Assembly (NCBI GenBank): GCA_029262855.1
Contig: JAJCYP010000115.1
Location: 119 to 64,118, forward strand
Source: Bacteroidota bacterium
GTDB lineage: Bacteria; Bacteroidota; Rhodothermia; Rhodothermales; UBA10348
Length of the DNA: 64,000 nucleotides
Reading direction: 5' to 3'
The notes below the pieces were generated by a model. It was not told where the DNA came from, did not search any database, and worked only from the letters and a program-made list of their open reading frames with translations. The first letter of the stretch is position 1; each line of letters starts with the position of its first letter. Positions 41,301 through 50,201 of this stretch are shown here, one piece after another. Position numbers and translations under genes: made by a program.

Positions 41301-42396
41301 CGCAGGCAGGGCATTCCCATCTTCGGATGTGGAGGGGCAGTGATCCCGTCCGGTGGCCACAGTCGGAGCAATCCCGACTCGTGTACTGCGGAGCGACAAG
41401 GACCACCTCCTTGCCGTACCACGCGGCCTTGTACTGGAGCATGCGCACGAACTGCCCCCAACTCGCATCGCTGATCGCTTGTGCAAGCGTGTGGTTCTTG
41501 ACCATGTTCGTGACCCGCAGGTCCTCGACCACGATGCGGTCATATCGCCGCACCAGTTCCGTCGAGCACTTGTCGAGCCAGTCCTTGCGGGCGTCTGCAA
41601 TACGGGCATGGATCTTTGCCACCTTCACGCGCGCCTTCTGCCTGTTGGCCCCGCCCTTTTGCTTCCGTGACAGGGAGCGTTGGGCGCGTTTCAACGTGGC
41701 TTCCAGGTGCTTGAGGTGCCGAGGATTGCCGCTCTTGAATCCGTCGCTCGCGACGAAGATGTCATTCAGACCCAGGTCAATCCCTACCGCCTTGGCTGTC
41801 AGCGGCAGGGGCTTGGGGTTGAACGCAACGACGAACGAGGCGAAGTACCGGCCTGCCGTATCCCGCTCCACCGTAACAGTGGTGGGTTCAGACGGCAAGT
41901 CTCTCGACCAACGGATTCTAACAAGGCCAGGCACCTTGCCCAAGAACAGTCTGCCGTCCCGGAGGCTGAACGCACTCCGGGTGAACTCGGCAGACTGCCT
42001 GTCGTGCTTGCGCTTGAACGACGGGAATCCTGACCGCCTCTCTTTCAGGTTCTTGAAGGCCGTTTGCAGGTGGCGCAAGGACTGCTGGACGGGGACGCAT
42101 GACACCTCGTTCAGCCACGGCACCTCTTTCTTGTGTGCCGTGAGGCGACTGCTCGACTCGTGGTACGACATGGGCTCTTCCTTTCTCAAGGCGAGCGCCC
42201 AGTTGTACGCATACCGGGCGCAACCAAACGTCTGCGCCAGCGAGGTGCGCTGGTCAGCATTCGGATACAGGCGGTATTTGAATCGTGCGGTTGCCACTCA
42301 CACATACATATGCATCATGTGTAACCCTGTTCCCTTAATCACGCGGAGCGCGTTCCTCCCCGCACTAAAGCTGCGGGGTTTCCCGCTTGTAACCGG
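41140..42396 (-). mobile_element. IS200/IS605-family element, tnpB only (IS1341-like, non-autonomous)
   Basis: Related subterminal hairpins on the minus strand: left GAAA-CCCCGCAGCTTTAGTGCGGGGAG (about 42355-42382), right GAAT-CCTCGCGCTTCAGTGCGGGGAG-TGTCAG (about 41140-41171); no tnpA, no TIR or TSD; removing it restores the nuoL end GGA TGA. Confidence 0.88.
41182..42297 (-). CDS. tnpB: RNA-guided endonuclease TnpB
   Basis: FKYRLYP...FGCAR..YN HTH, RuvC-I GIDLG, RuvC-II VVEDL, Zn finger CSDC/CPAC, RuvC-III DRDVNAAIN. Confidence 0.95.
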   Translation of the reverse strand: MATARFKYRLYPNADQRTSLAQTFGCARYAYNWALALRKEEPMSYHESSSRLTAHKKEVPWLNEVSCVPVQQSLRHLQTAFKNLKERRSGFPSFKRKHDRQSAEFTRSAFSLRDGRLFLGKVPGLVRIRWSRDLPSEPTTVTVERDTAGRYFASFVVAFNPKPLPLTAKAVGIDLGLNDIFVASDGFKSGNPRHLKHLEATLKRAQRSLSRKQKGGANRQKARVKVAKIHARIADARKDWLDKCSTELVRRYDRIVVEDLRVTNMVKNHTLAQAISDASWGQFVRMLQYKAAWYGKEVVLVAPQYTSRDCSDCGHRTGSLPLHIRRWECPACGSAHDRDVNAAINVLRRDTPCNASGSSGRPMSTTVGKAA

Positions 42397-42452
42397 ATGA
42401 ATCCATGGGAAAGGACTGTTCGTGGTCCGGAAGCGCAACATCGACACCTGAG

Positions 42453-44783
42453 TCAGCGCCCAAGCAGTTTTCCTACCAGACCATAGTACTCGACGGTAAT
42501 CAAGGGCTCGAATTGCCCAAGTCTGCTGGCGAGGTTCACCCGGAACGGGAGATTGAACGGCTTGGACCACGCAATGCCGACCTCGTCGCGCCGCGTGGTT
42601 TCCCCGTGCCAGGCCGTACCGTGCGCACCGAACACCACGAGACCCAGGTTGGTCTCCCCAAACCCGATACGCTCCGCCAGAGCCGATCCGAAATCGTGCT
42701 CCCAGAACACGGCCACCCATCGACGGGCCACCAACCTCGCATCACGCCGGCTGCGAAAGGCCACCGCTCTGGCAACCGGACCCGTGGCAACATCCAGGAC
42801 TCCCTGACGCTGGGGTGGGACCCCTGAACTCCCGCCTCCCGCCACGAAGTCCAGACGGAGGTGCGCAGGGATGGCCCGCCTGCGAAGCAGGGTCGGGATG
42901 CGAATCGATGCCGAGCCCTGCCATCGGCCAAAACTGAAGTTGGATCCGGCGATGCCCTCCCCAGCGCCCTCCGCAGCGAGATCCAGATAGCCGGCCCATC
43001 CGGCCCGGGCCATCTCCACGTCTCCCACCGTCACCCGACCGCCCAGCGCAGCGAGCGTCCCCTCGTCAACGGCCGGATTCTCGCGCTGGACGTTCCTCCG
43101 AAGCCACCCCTCGTAGTCGTCATTCTTGGTGGCCGAACGGTGCTCCTCGTGAGAAGCCGTCACCTCGACCCGAACCCGGCCGGGCATGGCTCCAAGAGTG
43201 ACCCACCGGCGAGCGCGATCGTAGTAGTCGAAATAATCATCATATCCGGCGTAGGTCGCCATTCCGGCCAGGAAGCGATCGTACCGGGAGCCGATCCCGG
43301 AAACTGCCGTGAGTCGCTCCGCTCCGGCCTCAAGATCCCATCGCGCCCCCGGATCCCATCGCCCCGAGGCGGTCCAGGAGACGCGATCCGGGGCTTCATC
43401 GAATGCAATCCCCGGTCTCAGAGTCACCGTTTGAGACAGGGGAATGAGCGGCTTGAGTCCAACGTGCCAGCCATCCACCCGATTGAACCAGACCCAGGGC
43501 TTCCACCACTGAGGCTTCGGAACGCCGAGGATCACCGGCGCCGCGCGCGGCTCGGCCACGGGAATGGCCGCGTACTGAGCAAGTATGCCCACTGGTCGAA
43601 AGAACTGACTGACCGCGCGATCGGTCCGCATCTCCTGAATGTCACGGGTCTCTTCCTCGGAGAGCGGAATCATGCCCGGATTCCAGTCAAACAACCAGGA
43701 TCCGGCGGCCACGGCCGGATCGTCCCGCTGGACGCGCGAAGAGGTGAAGAGGGAGTCCTGGGGGGGCACCTGCGTGGCATGCAGGGACAGGCCTGAGACC
43801 TGCCGGTACCGCGCTCTCGGATAGTTGACGCCGGCCCTTCCGATGCGCACCCAGCCGTCCGCCTCAAAGTAGAGCGGGAGCATGGCGCCGCCCCTCCGAA
43901 TGAACCGCTGCGCCATTCTCACCGTCCGTTCCAGGATCGGCGGCGGACCGACCCGATCCACCGTCGGCCGGGCCGTGATCGACAGCACGTCGAACGTGCT
44001 GTCCTCCACGGCCAGTGAGCCGACGAAGCCCGCGCGAGAGACGTCGGCCGGCGTAAAGGCGATGTCGTGAATCAGCCGACCGTCCTGCGATCGCCGCTGC
44101 GTGAGCCTGAATTCGTAGAGCGCCACGGCGTCCGGGTGGAGCGGTGACACGAACCGCGTCCCCTCCAAAGCCACCTCGTCGTCGTAGAAATTGGGAACCG
44201 CGAGCGGGCCGGCGTAGAGAAACCTGTCCGACCGCTCCGGCTGAAGCCTCCGGGCCCGGATGATTTCCCGAACCCCGCGGCCTGCTTTCCACCAGGAGGC
44301 CCCAATCGTCTCCTCCACCTGAACGAGGTCAAACTCGCGGTACAGAAAGAAGCGGGAATAGACCTCGGCATAGGCCGTGGAAACCGAGTCCCGCCAGGCC
44401 GCCTTGGTCCGGAGCACTGAGCGCATGATTCCGACGCCCTGGTCCTCGCCCGAAATCACCAGTTCATCCAGCACCACCGGATCCGGCTCGAGCAGAATCA
44501 ACAGTGGCCCCGCGGGTGCCTGGCCGACACGGATGGTCCGCGACCGATATCCGATGTGGCGCACCACGATCTCAGCGGGCAGGCGGGCGACGGGCAGCGA
44601 AAAACGTCCATCCCTGTTGGTGACCGTCCCTACCAGGGTCCCCTCGATCTGGAGTGTGGCCCATACCAGCGCTACCCCGGTGTCCGCCTCCTCGACGGTG
44701 CCGGTGACCAGCACCTGCGCGGACGCCTCCACGCAGGTGGCCAAACCAAGCACGCCGAGCAGGAGTATGGTTCGGGTATCCAA
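42453..44783 (-). CDS. Outer-membrane protein with N-terminal carboxypeptidase-like regulatory domain (DUF5686-like)
   Basis: Signal peptide, VTGTV.EADTG.AL..ATL...GTVTN.DGRFSL...IGY, VSPLHPDA..LYEF, FNRVDG; beta-rich C-terminus. Confidence 0.7.
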   Translation of the reverse strand: MDTRTILLLGVLGLATCVEASAQVLVTGTVEEADTGVALVWATLQIEGTLVGTVTNRDGRFSLPVARLPAEIVVRHIGYRSRTIRVGQAPAGPLLILLEPDPVVLDELVISGEDQGVGIMRSVLRTKAAWRDSVSTAYAEVYSRFFLYREFDLVQVEETIGASWWKAGRGVREIIRARRLQPERSDRFLYAGPLAVPNFYDDEVALEGTRFVSPLHPDAVALYEFRLTQRRSQDGRLIHDIAFTPADVSRAGFVGSLAVEDSTFDVLSITARPTVDRVGPPPILERTVRMAQRFIRRGGAMLPLYFEADGWVRIGRAGVNYPRARYRQVSGLSLHATQVPPQDSLFTSSRVQRDDPAVAAGSWLFDWNPGMIPLSEEETRDIQEMRTDRAVSQFFRPVGILAQYAAIPVAEPRAAPVILGVPKPQWWKPWVWFNRVDGWHVGLKPLIPLSQTVTLRPGIAFDEAPDRVSWTASGRWDPGARWDLEAGAERLTAVSGIGSRYDRFLAGMATYAGYDDYFDYYDRARRWVTLGAMPGRVRVEVTASHEEHRSATKNDDYEGWLRRNVQRENPAVDEGTLAALGGRVTVGDVEMARAGWAGYLDLAAEGAGEGIAGSNFSFGRWQGSASIRIPTLLRRRAIPAHLRLDFVAGGGSSGVPPQRQGVLDVATGPVARAVAFRSRRDARLVARRWVAVFWEHDFGSALAERIGFGETNLGLVVFGAHGTAWHGETTRRDEVGIAWSKPFNLPFRVNLASRLGQFEPLITVEYYGLVGKLLGR

Positions 44784-44883
44784 GGTCAGCGGCTGAGTGG
44801 TTTGATTGTGTCGCTTGCGGGTCTGTCGCGCCGCCGGTCGTCGGCCCGGTAACTCTCCGGCCGTTCACTCGTTGAAGAACGCA

Positions 44884-45594
44884 ATGGAATCGACATTCAG
44901 TATACGGTCGGCCTTGGAGTCGGCCGCCGACCTCTTCGCCGAGAAAACCCGCTTTGTCAGTTTTACTGAACTGGCGGAGGCCACCGGCATTTCCGAGGCC
45001 GCTCTGTGCGATGAGTTCGGGACCGTGGACCAACTCATAACTCGCTACTACGCCGATCTCGTCGAGCGGTGTGTGGAACTGCTCCTGGAGCTTGATCCGG
45101 CGACAGCCGAAGAGCGCGCCGGCGCGTTCGTCTTCATCATGCTTGATCTCCTTGAAGAGCGCTCTGCCTTCGTAGACATGACGTTCCGCTCTTATGCGGC
45201 CGCCTGGGGAAGTGCCTTTCGATCGCGTCTGGCAGACGCGGCCGGGAGCGTGTTGGATGCCCCGGACGTCCCCGGGATCAATCAGGCGGCTCTGGCCTCG
45301 GGACCCCTTGCGGTGCCTGCCGCGGAGGTCTTTGTGCGGCTCGTCACAACGTGGTTGGGCGACGAGACCGAAGGCCGGCAGCGATCCACCGCTCTTATCG
45401 ACAAGGTGGTACGCCTCTACGGGAGCCTCGCCACCAACTCGACCGCCAATGACGGGGTTGACGTGATTCGGTACGCCGTCGAGGCCGAGTACCTGCCAAG
45501 AATCCCGTTCCTGAGCGACTGGCTCTTCGGATCCGAACCTGCCGAACCCGAACCCGAACCCGAACCCGAAGCTGCCGAGCCTGAATCCGAATGA
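44884..45594 (+). CDS. TetR-like transcriptional regulator (divergent)
   Basis: N-terminal ELAEATGISEAAL...FGT HTH; C-terminal WLGDETEG.QRSTALIDKVV; overlaps the kinase start. Confidence 0.65.
   Translation: MESTFSIRSALESAADLFAEKTRFVSFTELAEATGISEAALCDEFGTVDQLITRYYADLVERCVELLLELDPATAEERAGAFVFIMLDLLEERSAFVDMTFRSYAAAWGSAFRSRLADAAGSVLDAPDVPGINQAALASGPLAVPAAEVFVRLVTTWLGDETEGRQRSTALIDKVVRLYGSLATNSTANDGVDVIRYAVEAEYLPRIPFLSDWLFGSEPAEPEPEPEPEAAEPESE
45542..45570 (+). repeat. In-frame hexamer tandem repeat (CCGAAC)x4.8 encoding a Glu-Pro tail
   Basis: ccgaac ccgaac ccgaac ccgaac ccgaa read directly. Confidence 0.9.
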
Positions 45595-46931
45595 GCAGGA
45601 ACGACCACTCCGAGGAGTTTCCGGATACCCCCCTGAAGCGCGGCGCCATTGCCGCCAAGGCCGGTCTCAAGGTTGGAGCCAACTATGCACGGTACGCAGC
45701 CCGCCGTGCGGTGAACGGAAAATCAGAATCTGCCACACGGGAGCTGCACGACCGGAACGCGAAGGACGTTTTCAAGCAGTTGACCAAACTGCGTGGTACT
45801 GCCCTGAAGATGGCCCAGGGTCTCAGCATGGATCCGGGAATCATTCCGGCCGAGTTCATAGAGGTGATGAGCCAGGCGCAGTACAGCGTCCCCGCGATGA
45901 ACCCGGCTCTGGTGCGGCGACTCGTCAAGCAGTCCCTGGGGGCTCCGGTCACCGAACTGTTCGCCGAGTTTGAGTCCGAGGCCATGGCCGCCGCGAGCAT
46001 CGGACAGGTTCACCGGGCCGTCTTGAAGGACGGCCGCGTGGCTGCCGTCAAGATTCAGTACCCCAATATTCGGGAGACCATTGAGGCCGATCTAAGAATG
46101 GCGCGGGGCCTCGCCCGGCGTGTGGTCAAGGGTGACATCGACCCCTTCATCGACGAGGTCCGCTCCATGATGATGAGGGAGACCGACTACCGCCAGGAGG
46201 GCGAGAGTATCGAGTTCTTCGCGGGCCAGTATTCGGATGAATCGCTCATAACTCCGCGCTGGATTCCTGAACTCAGCAGCGAAAGCGTGCTGACCATGAC
46301 CTTCGTGGAAGGCCGGCACCTTCCGGAGTTTCTTCAGGAGATCCCGGATCAGGAGGCATGCGATCATTTTGGGCAACTGCTCTTCGACTTTTCCCACCGT
46401 CAGGTGGCCTCGGGATCGCTGAAGATCCACGCCGACTTCCATCCCGGCAATTTCTTGTTTCAGGACGGCGGTTCGCTGGGTGTGATCGACTTCGGGTGCG
46501 TGAAGACGATGCCCGCGGAGTTCATGGCTGACTTCCTGCGGGTCTTCCGCGCCACGCTGGAAGGCGACCGCGCTCTGCTCAGGTCCCTGTATGAGCGGCT
46601 GGATATTCTCAATCCGGACGGACGGCCGGAGCTGCAGGACAGAATCTTTGCCTTCTTCCTTCGCATGGGGGAGGTGATTGTAAGGCCCTACCGAACCGGC
46701 ATCTTCGATTTTGGCGACCCGGCCTTCCTGGAGGAGATCCGGGCCATCGGGCTGGAGGCCATGGAATTCCGGGAACGGGAGGTGATCGGCAGTCCTCACT
46801 TCATTTTCGTGAACCGCGTGGTCTTCGGCCTGTTGAGCATGCTGAGTGGCTTGAAGGCGCGAGTCTCGACCAAGGTCGCGCTCGCCAATATCAACCTTGC
46901 CATCGATCAGTCAGAGAGCAGAGCCGCGTGA
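45591..46931 (+). CDS. AarF/ABC1/UbiB family atypical kinase
   Basis: LRGTALKMAQ, AAASIGQVHRA, VKIQYP, ETDY..E, HADFHPGNF, DFGCVK. Confidence 0.93.
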   Translation: MSRNDHSEEFPDTPLKRGAIAAKAGLKVGANYARYAARRAVNGKSESATRELHDRNAKDVFKQLTKLRGTALKMAQGLSMDPGIIPAEFIEVMSQAQYSVPAMNPALVRRLVKQSLGAPVTELFAEFESEAMAAASIGQVHRAVLKDGRVAAVKIQYPNIRETIEADLRMARGLARRVVKGDIDPFIDEVRSMMMRETDYRQEGESIEFFAGQYSDESLITPRWIPELSSESVLTMTFVEGRHLPEFLQEIPDQEACDHFGQLLFDFSHRQVASGSLKIHADFHPGNFLFQDGGSLGVIDFGCVKTMPAEFMADFLRVFRATLEGDRALLRSLYERLDILNPDGRPELQDRIFAFFLRMGEVIVRPYRTGIFDFGDPAFLEEIRAIGLEAMEFREREVIGSPHFIFVNRVVFGLLSMLSGLKARVSTKVALANINLAIDQSESRAA

Positions 46932-47827
46932 TGCCTGAACCACTGCGACGATTCCTCATCGCAGCTTTTGCCGTCTTGACCGCGGTCTCCGAAAGGGCAG
47001 CGGCGGCAGCGGCCTTTCGACTCTTTACCACGCCTTTGGGCGGGCGCAGCGTGCGAATCGAGGGCCGGCGACTCAAGCGCGCGGAGACCACGCTCAAGAC
47101 TGCCGGGCGGGAAGACCGCGATGGCGTTGCCACGTGGGTGTGGGAGACTGGCGACGAGGTCTCCACGGTGATCCTGGTCCACGGTTGGACGTCGCGGGCT
47201 CTGTACATGACTGGCTTTGTCGCACCGCTCAGGGAGGCGGGCTACCGGGTCGTCGCCTTTGATTTTCCGGGACATGGCGAGTCTTCCGGAAACCGGTTGA
47301 CCTTCGACCGCGCAGGCCGCATCGCCGTGAATCTGGCCGACCAGTATGGAAACGTCGTGCTGATTGGCCACAGTTTCGGGGCGTCCATGTCGGTGCTGGC
47401 CGCTGCCGGCGCGCCTACCCTTGAGCCAAGCCGGGAGGTCCGTGCACTGATTCTCGTGTCGGGCGCCGATGAGCTCTCGGACGTCACGCAGCGATTCGCG
47501 GATACGCTCGCACTGAAGCCCGGGGTCAAGGCGCTGATTGACCGTCGTCTGGAGGACCTCGGTGGTGACACGATCGACAGATTCTCCGGCGTGGTCGGCG
47601 TAGGATTGGCAGGGCTGCCGACTCTCCTGATCCACGACCCGGCCGATTCCATCGTTCCGTTCTCCGATGCCGAGCGCATCGCCAGCGAAACCCACGCCGA
47701 ACTCGCTCAGGTGACCCGACTCGGTCACAACAGGATTCTCTACGCGAGCGAGGTGCATGATCAGGTGGTCCGCTTCCTGGCTATCCACCTCCCCGTGAAC
47801 GAGGACCCGGCACGGATCCCGGCGTAG
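46928..47827 (+). CDS. Alpha/beta fold hydrolase
   Basis: LVHGW, DFPGHGES, GHSFG, HDPAD, LGHNRIL. Confidence 0.88.
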   Translation: MMPEPLRRFLIAAFAVLTAVSERAAAAAAFRLFTTPLGGRSVRIEGRRLKRAETTLKTAGREDRDGVATWVWETGDEVSTVILVHGWTSRALYMTGFVAPLREAGYRVVAFDFPGHGESSGNRLTFDRAGRIAVNLADQYGNVVLIGHSFGASMSVLAAAGAPTLEPSREVRALILVSGADELSDVTQRFADTLALKPGVKALIDRRLEDLGGDTIDRFSGVVGVGLAGLPTLLIHDPADSIVPFSDAERIASETHAELAQVTRLGHNRILYASEVHDQVVRFLAIHLPVNEDPARIPA

Positions 47828-47849
47828 ATTGCCGGGCAACCTGCCAGCC

Positions 47850-48458
47850 ATGTCCAGAATTTTTGTAGTCAGCGATTGGCATCTCCACCATCGCAACATT
47901 CTTCGCTACTGCCCGCAGCGATTGGACATCTGGCGTGACGTGGAAGAGATGAATGCGGGTCTGCTTGAGGCAGCACTGACTACGGTCGCCGAGGGTGACC
48001 GGCTCTTCTTCCTCGGGGATCTGACCTTTCAGATCGGCAGCCGCCGCCATGAGGTGCTGGAAAATCTGCGGCCCTTGGCCGACCGGCTGGGCGAGTTCCA
48101 CTGGATTGTCGGTAACCACGATGAGCCCGCCCGAATGCCGGAAGTAGCCGCCCTGTTTGACTCGGTGGTGGATGCTGTTCAGTTTCGGGTCGGGCCGCGT
48201 CATGTGTTTCTGTCGCACTACCCCGTCGAGGTGGCGCACCGCGATCTGCTGCGGCTCGTTTCCGTCCACGGCCATCACCACGGGACCCTCGACAACCCGC
48301 TCGGCAGGATCGATGTCAGCGTGGACAACCTGTATGGGATCCGAGAGCGCTTCAACCCGGCATATCGGGGAGAACCGATTCGGCTTGAGACGGCCCTGGC
48401 GCTTGCGGATGAGGAGATTGCCGCTCCGTACGAATCGGAAGGGCAACCGGAAAACTGA
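47850..48458 (+). CDS. Calcineurin-like metallophosphoesterase
   Basis: SDWHLHH, LGDL, GNHD, LSHYP, HGHHH, IDVSVD. Confidence 0.88.
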   Translation: MSRIFVVSDWHLHHRNILRYCPQRLDIWRDVEEMNAGLLEAALTTVAEGDRLFFLGDLTFQIGSRRHEVLENLRPLADRLGEFHWIVGNHDEPARMPEVAALFDSVVDAVQFRVGPRHVFLSHYPVEVAHRDLLRLVSVHGHHHGTLDNPLGRIDVSVDNLYGIRERFNPAYRGEPIRLETALALADEEIAAPYESEGQPEN

Positions 48459-48612
48459 CCTCGCGCAAGGCGTGCTTCGATTTAAGTTTCCCCCTGAGCG
48501 GCCGATACCGGTGCCGAGGGTGTTATGCGTTCAGCGTTCAGCAACGCTCCAACCCTAATCTCACTGATATCCAGAAGACCAACAGGTTCTGAAGCCAGAA
48601 CCACTCCTGGTC

Positions 48613-48648
48613 GGGGCCGTCCGCTTATGCGGGCGGTCCCTTCTTTTT
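48613..48648 (+). terminator. Strong intrinsic terminator in the intergenic region upstream of nirK
   Basis: 12-bp stem GGGGCCGTCCGC-TTAT-GCGGGCGGTCCC (2 G-U pairs) followed by TTCTTTTT. Confidence 0.8.
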
Positions 48649-48783
48649 GAACCGCGGTAGTGCGGCTCCCGAACCAGCGTAGTGGTCTCCCCGGCAGGCA
48701 ATCGTGGGAGGCCGACAATAGGTTGTCAGCGGGTGACACCCGATACTTGGGAAAACGTAGAACCCAAGATCATTTCCCCGATT

Positions 48784-50199
48784 ATGACCTCCCCAATACA
48801 TTTCCTTCGCGGTCTCGCCGTGGTGACTCTCGTCACCGTTCTGACCGCCTGCAACACCGAGCCCGCGGTAACCGGAGAGGAGCAAGCGATTCTCACGCAC
48901 GCTCCCGTCGTCCCGGCTGCCATTACCCGGAATCACCCCACCAAGGTCATCGTCGAGCTTGAGACCACCGAAGAGGTCAAGCGCCTCGCCGATGGCGTTG
49001 AGTACACATTCTGGACCTTTGGTGGCGAAGTCCCCGGCAAGTTTATCCGGGTCCGGGAAGGCGATCAGGTGGAATTCCACCTGAACAACCGGCCCGACTC
49101 GAAGATGCCGCACAACATCGATCTGCATGCCGTGACCGGAGCCGGCGGTGGCGCCGCCTCATCGTTCACTGCACCCGGGACGGGATCGACATTCTCGTTC
49201 ACCGCGCTGAACCCCGGACTGTATGTCTACCACTGCGCCACGGCCCCAGTCGGCATGCACATCGCCAACGGCATGTACGGCCTGATCCTGGTCGAGCCCA
49301 AGGGCGGCCTGCCTCCCGTCGACAAGGAGTACTACGTGATGCAGAGTGAGTTTTACACCGGCGGCACCTACGGTGAGGCCGGACTGCAGCCTTTTGACAT
49401 GCAGAAGGCCATCAACGAAGAGCCCGACTATGTGGTATTCAACGGGGCTGTCGGATCCTTGGTGGGCGACAACGCCATCACCGCTGAGGTCGGCGAACGG
49501 GTCCGCCTGTATGTCGGCAACGGCGGTCCAAACCTGGTGTCCTCCTTTCACGTGATCGGAGAAATCTTCGACCTGGTATATACCGAGGGCGGGACCATAG
49601 CCAACCAGAAGAACGTCCAGACCACGCTCGTCCCGGCCGGAGGGTCAGCCATCGTTGAGTTCACGGTCGATGTACCGGGGACATTCATCATCGTTGACCA
49701 CTCCATTTTCCGGGCCTTCAACAAGGGCGCGCTGGGCATGCTGACCGTCTCGGGCGAGGAGAATCTGGAGATCTACTCCGGCAAGCAGGAAGAGACGGTT
49801 TATCTCCCCGAGGGTGGTGGCATCCAGGAAATCGCGGCAGCTCCGGCTCCACCTGCAGACCTGTCGTTTGAAGAACGCCTGGAGGCCGGTGGTCGCGTCT
49901 TTGCCCAGAACTGCGCTGCGTGTCACCAGCCCGAGGGACAGGGTATGACGGGAGCCTTTCCTCCACTTGCTGGCTCTGACTTCTTGCTGGCGGATCGCGA
50001 CCGTGCGATCGGCGTCGTAATCAACGGCCTCAGTGGACCCATCACGGTCAATGGCACCGACTACAATGGTGTGATGCCGGGCGTTCGCTTGTCGGACGCT
50101 GATGTGGCGAACGCGCTGACGTTCGTGATGAAGTCCTGGGGCAACAACGGACCCGAAGTTACCAGTACAGATGTAGCCCGGGTCCGCAGCCAGCACTGA
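48784..50199 (+). CDS. nirK: Copper-containing nitrite reductase with fused C-terminal cytochrome c, lipoprotein
   Basis: LTAC lipobox; [33 protein letters not shown] Cu-ligand/catalytic motifs; CAACH heme site and distal GVMP. Confidence 0.95.
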   Translation: MTSPIHFLRGLAVVTLVTVLTACNTEPAVTGEEQAILTHAPVVPAAITRNHPTKVIVELETTEEVKRLADGVEYTFWTFGGEVPGKFIRVREGDQVEFHLNNRPDSKMPHNIDLHAVTGAGGGAASSFTAPGTGSTFSFTALNPGLYVYHCATAPVGMHIANGMYGLILVEPKGGLPPVDKEYYVMQSEFYTGGTYGEAGLQPFDMQKAINEEPDYVVFNGAVGSLVGDNAITAEVGERVRLYVGNGGPNLVSSFHVIGEIFDLVYTEGGTIANQKNVQTTLVPAGGSAIVEFTVDVPGTFIIVDHSIFRAFNKGALGMLTVSGEENLEIYSGKQEETVYLPEGGGIQEIAAAPAPPADLSFEERLEAGGRVFAQNCAACHQPEGQGMTGAFPPLAGSDFLLADRDRAIGVVINGLSGPITVNGTDYNGVMPGVRLSDADVANALTFVMKSWGNNGPEVTSTDVARVRSQH

Positions 50200-50201
50200 T
50201 C

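Noticed and set aside
42389-42392. TTAC (minus strand) as an IS608-type target site
   Set aside because: It is too close to the hairpin, does not fit the GAAA guide tetramer, and excision there does not restore the nuoL stop; TCAT does
42298-42396. tnpA or a tnpA remnant upstream of tnpB
   Set aside because: Only about 100 nt are available and there is no HUH or serine-recombinase motif
42405-42827. ORF right after the IS as a candidate nuoM or nuoM remnant
   Set aside because: Hydrophilic, no NuoM motifs, and mostly antisense to the 42453..44783 gene
45542-45570. Hexamer repeat as a phase-variation or CRISPR-like element
   Set aside because: The unit is a multiple of 3, in frame, in a disordered C-terminal tail, and has no spacers
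48485-48650. Assignment as 6S RNA (CCCCTGAG resemblance) or as a 41-codon leader peptide
   Set aside because: No long closing stem with a central bubble is evident, and the short ORF has no SD or regulatory codon run; kept only as an unassigned structured candidate
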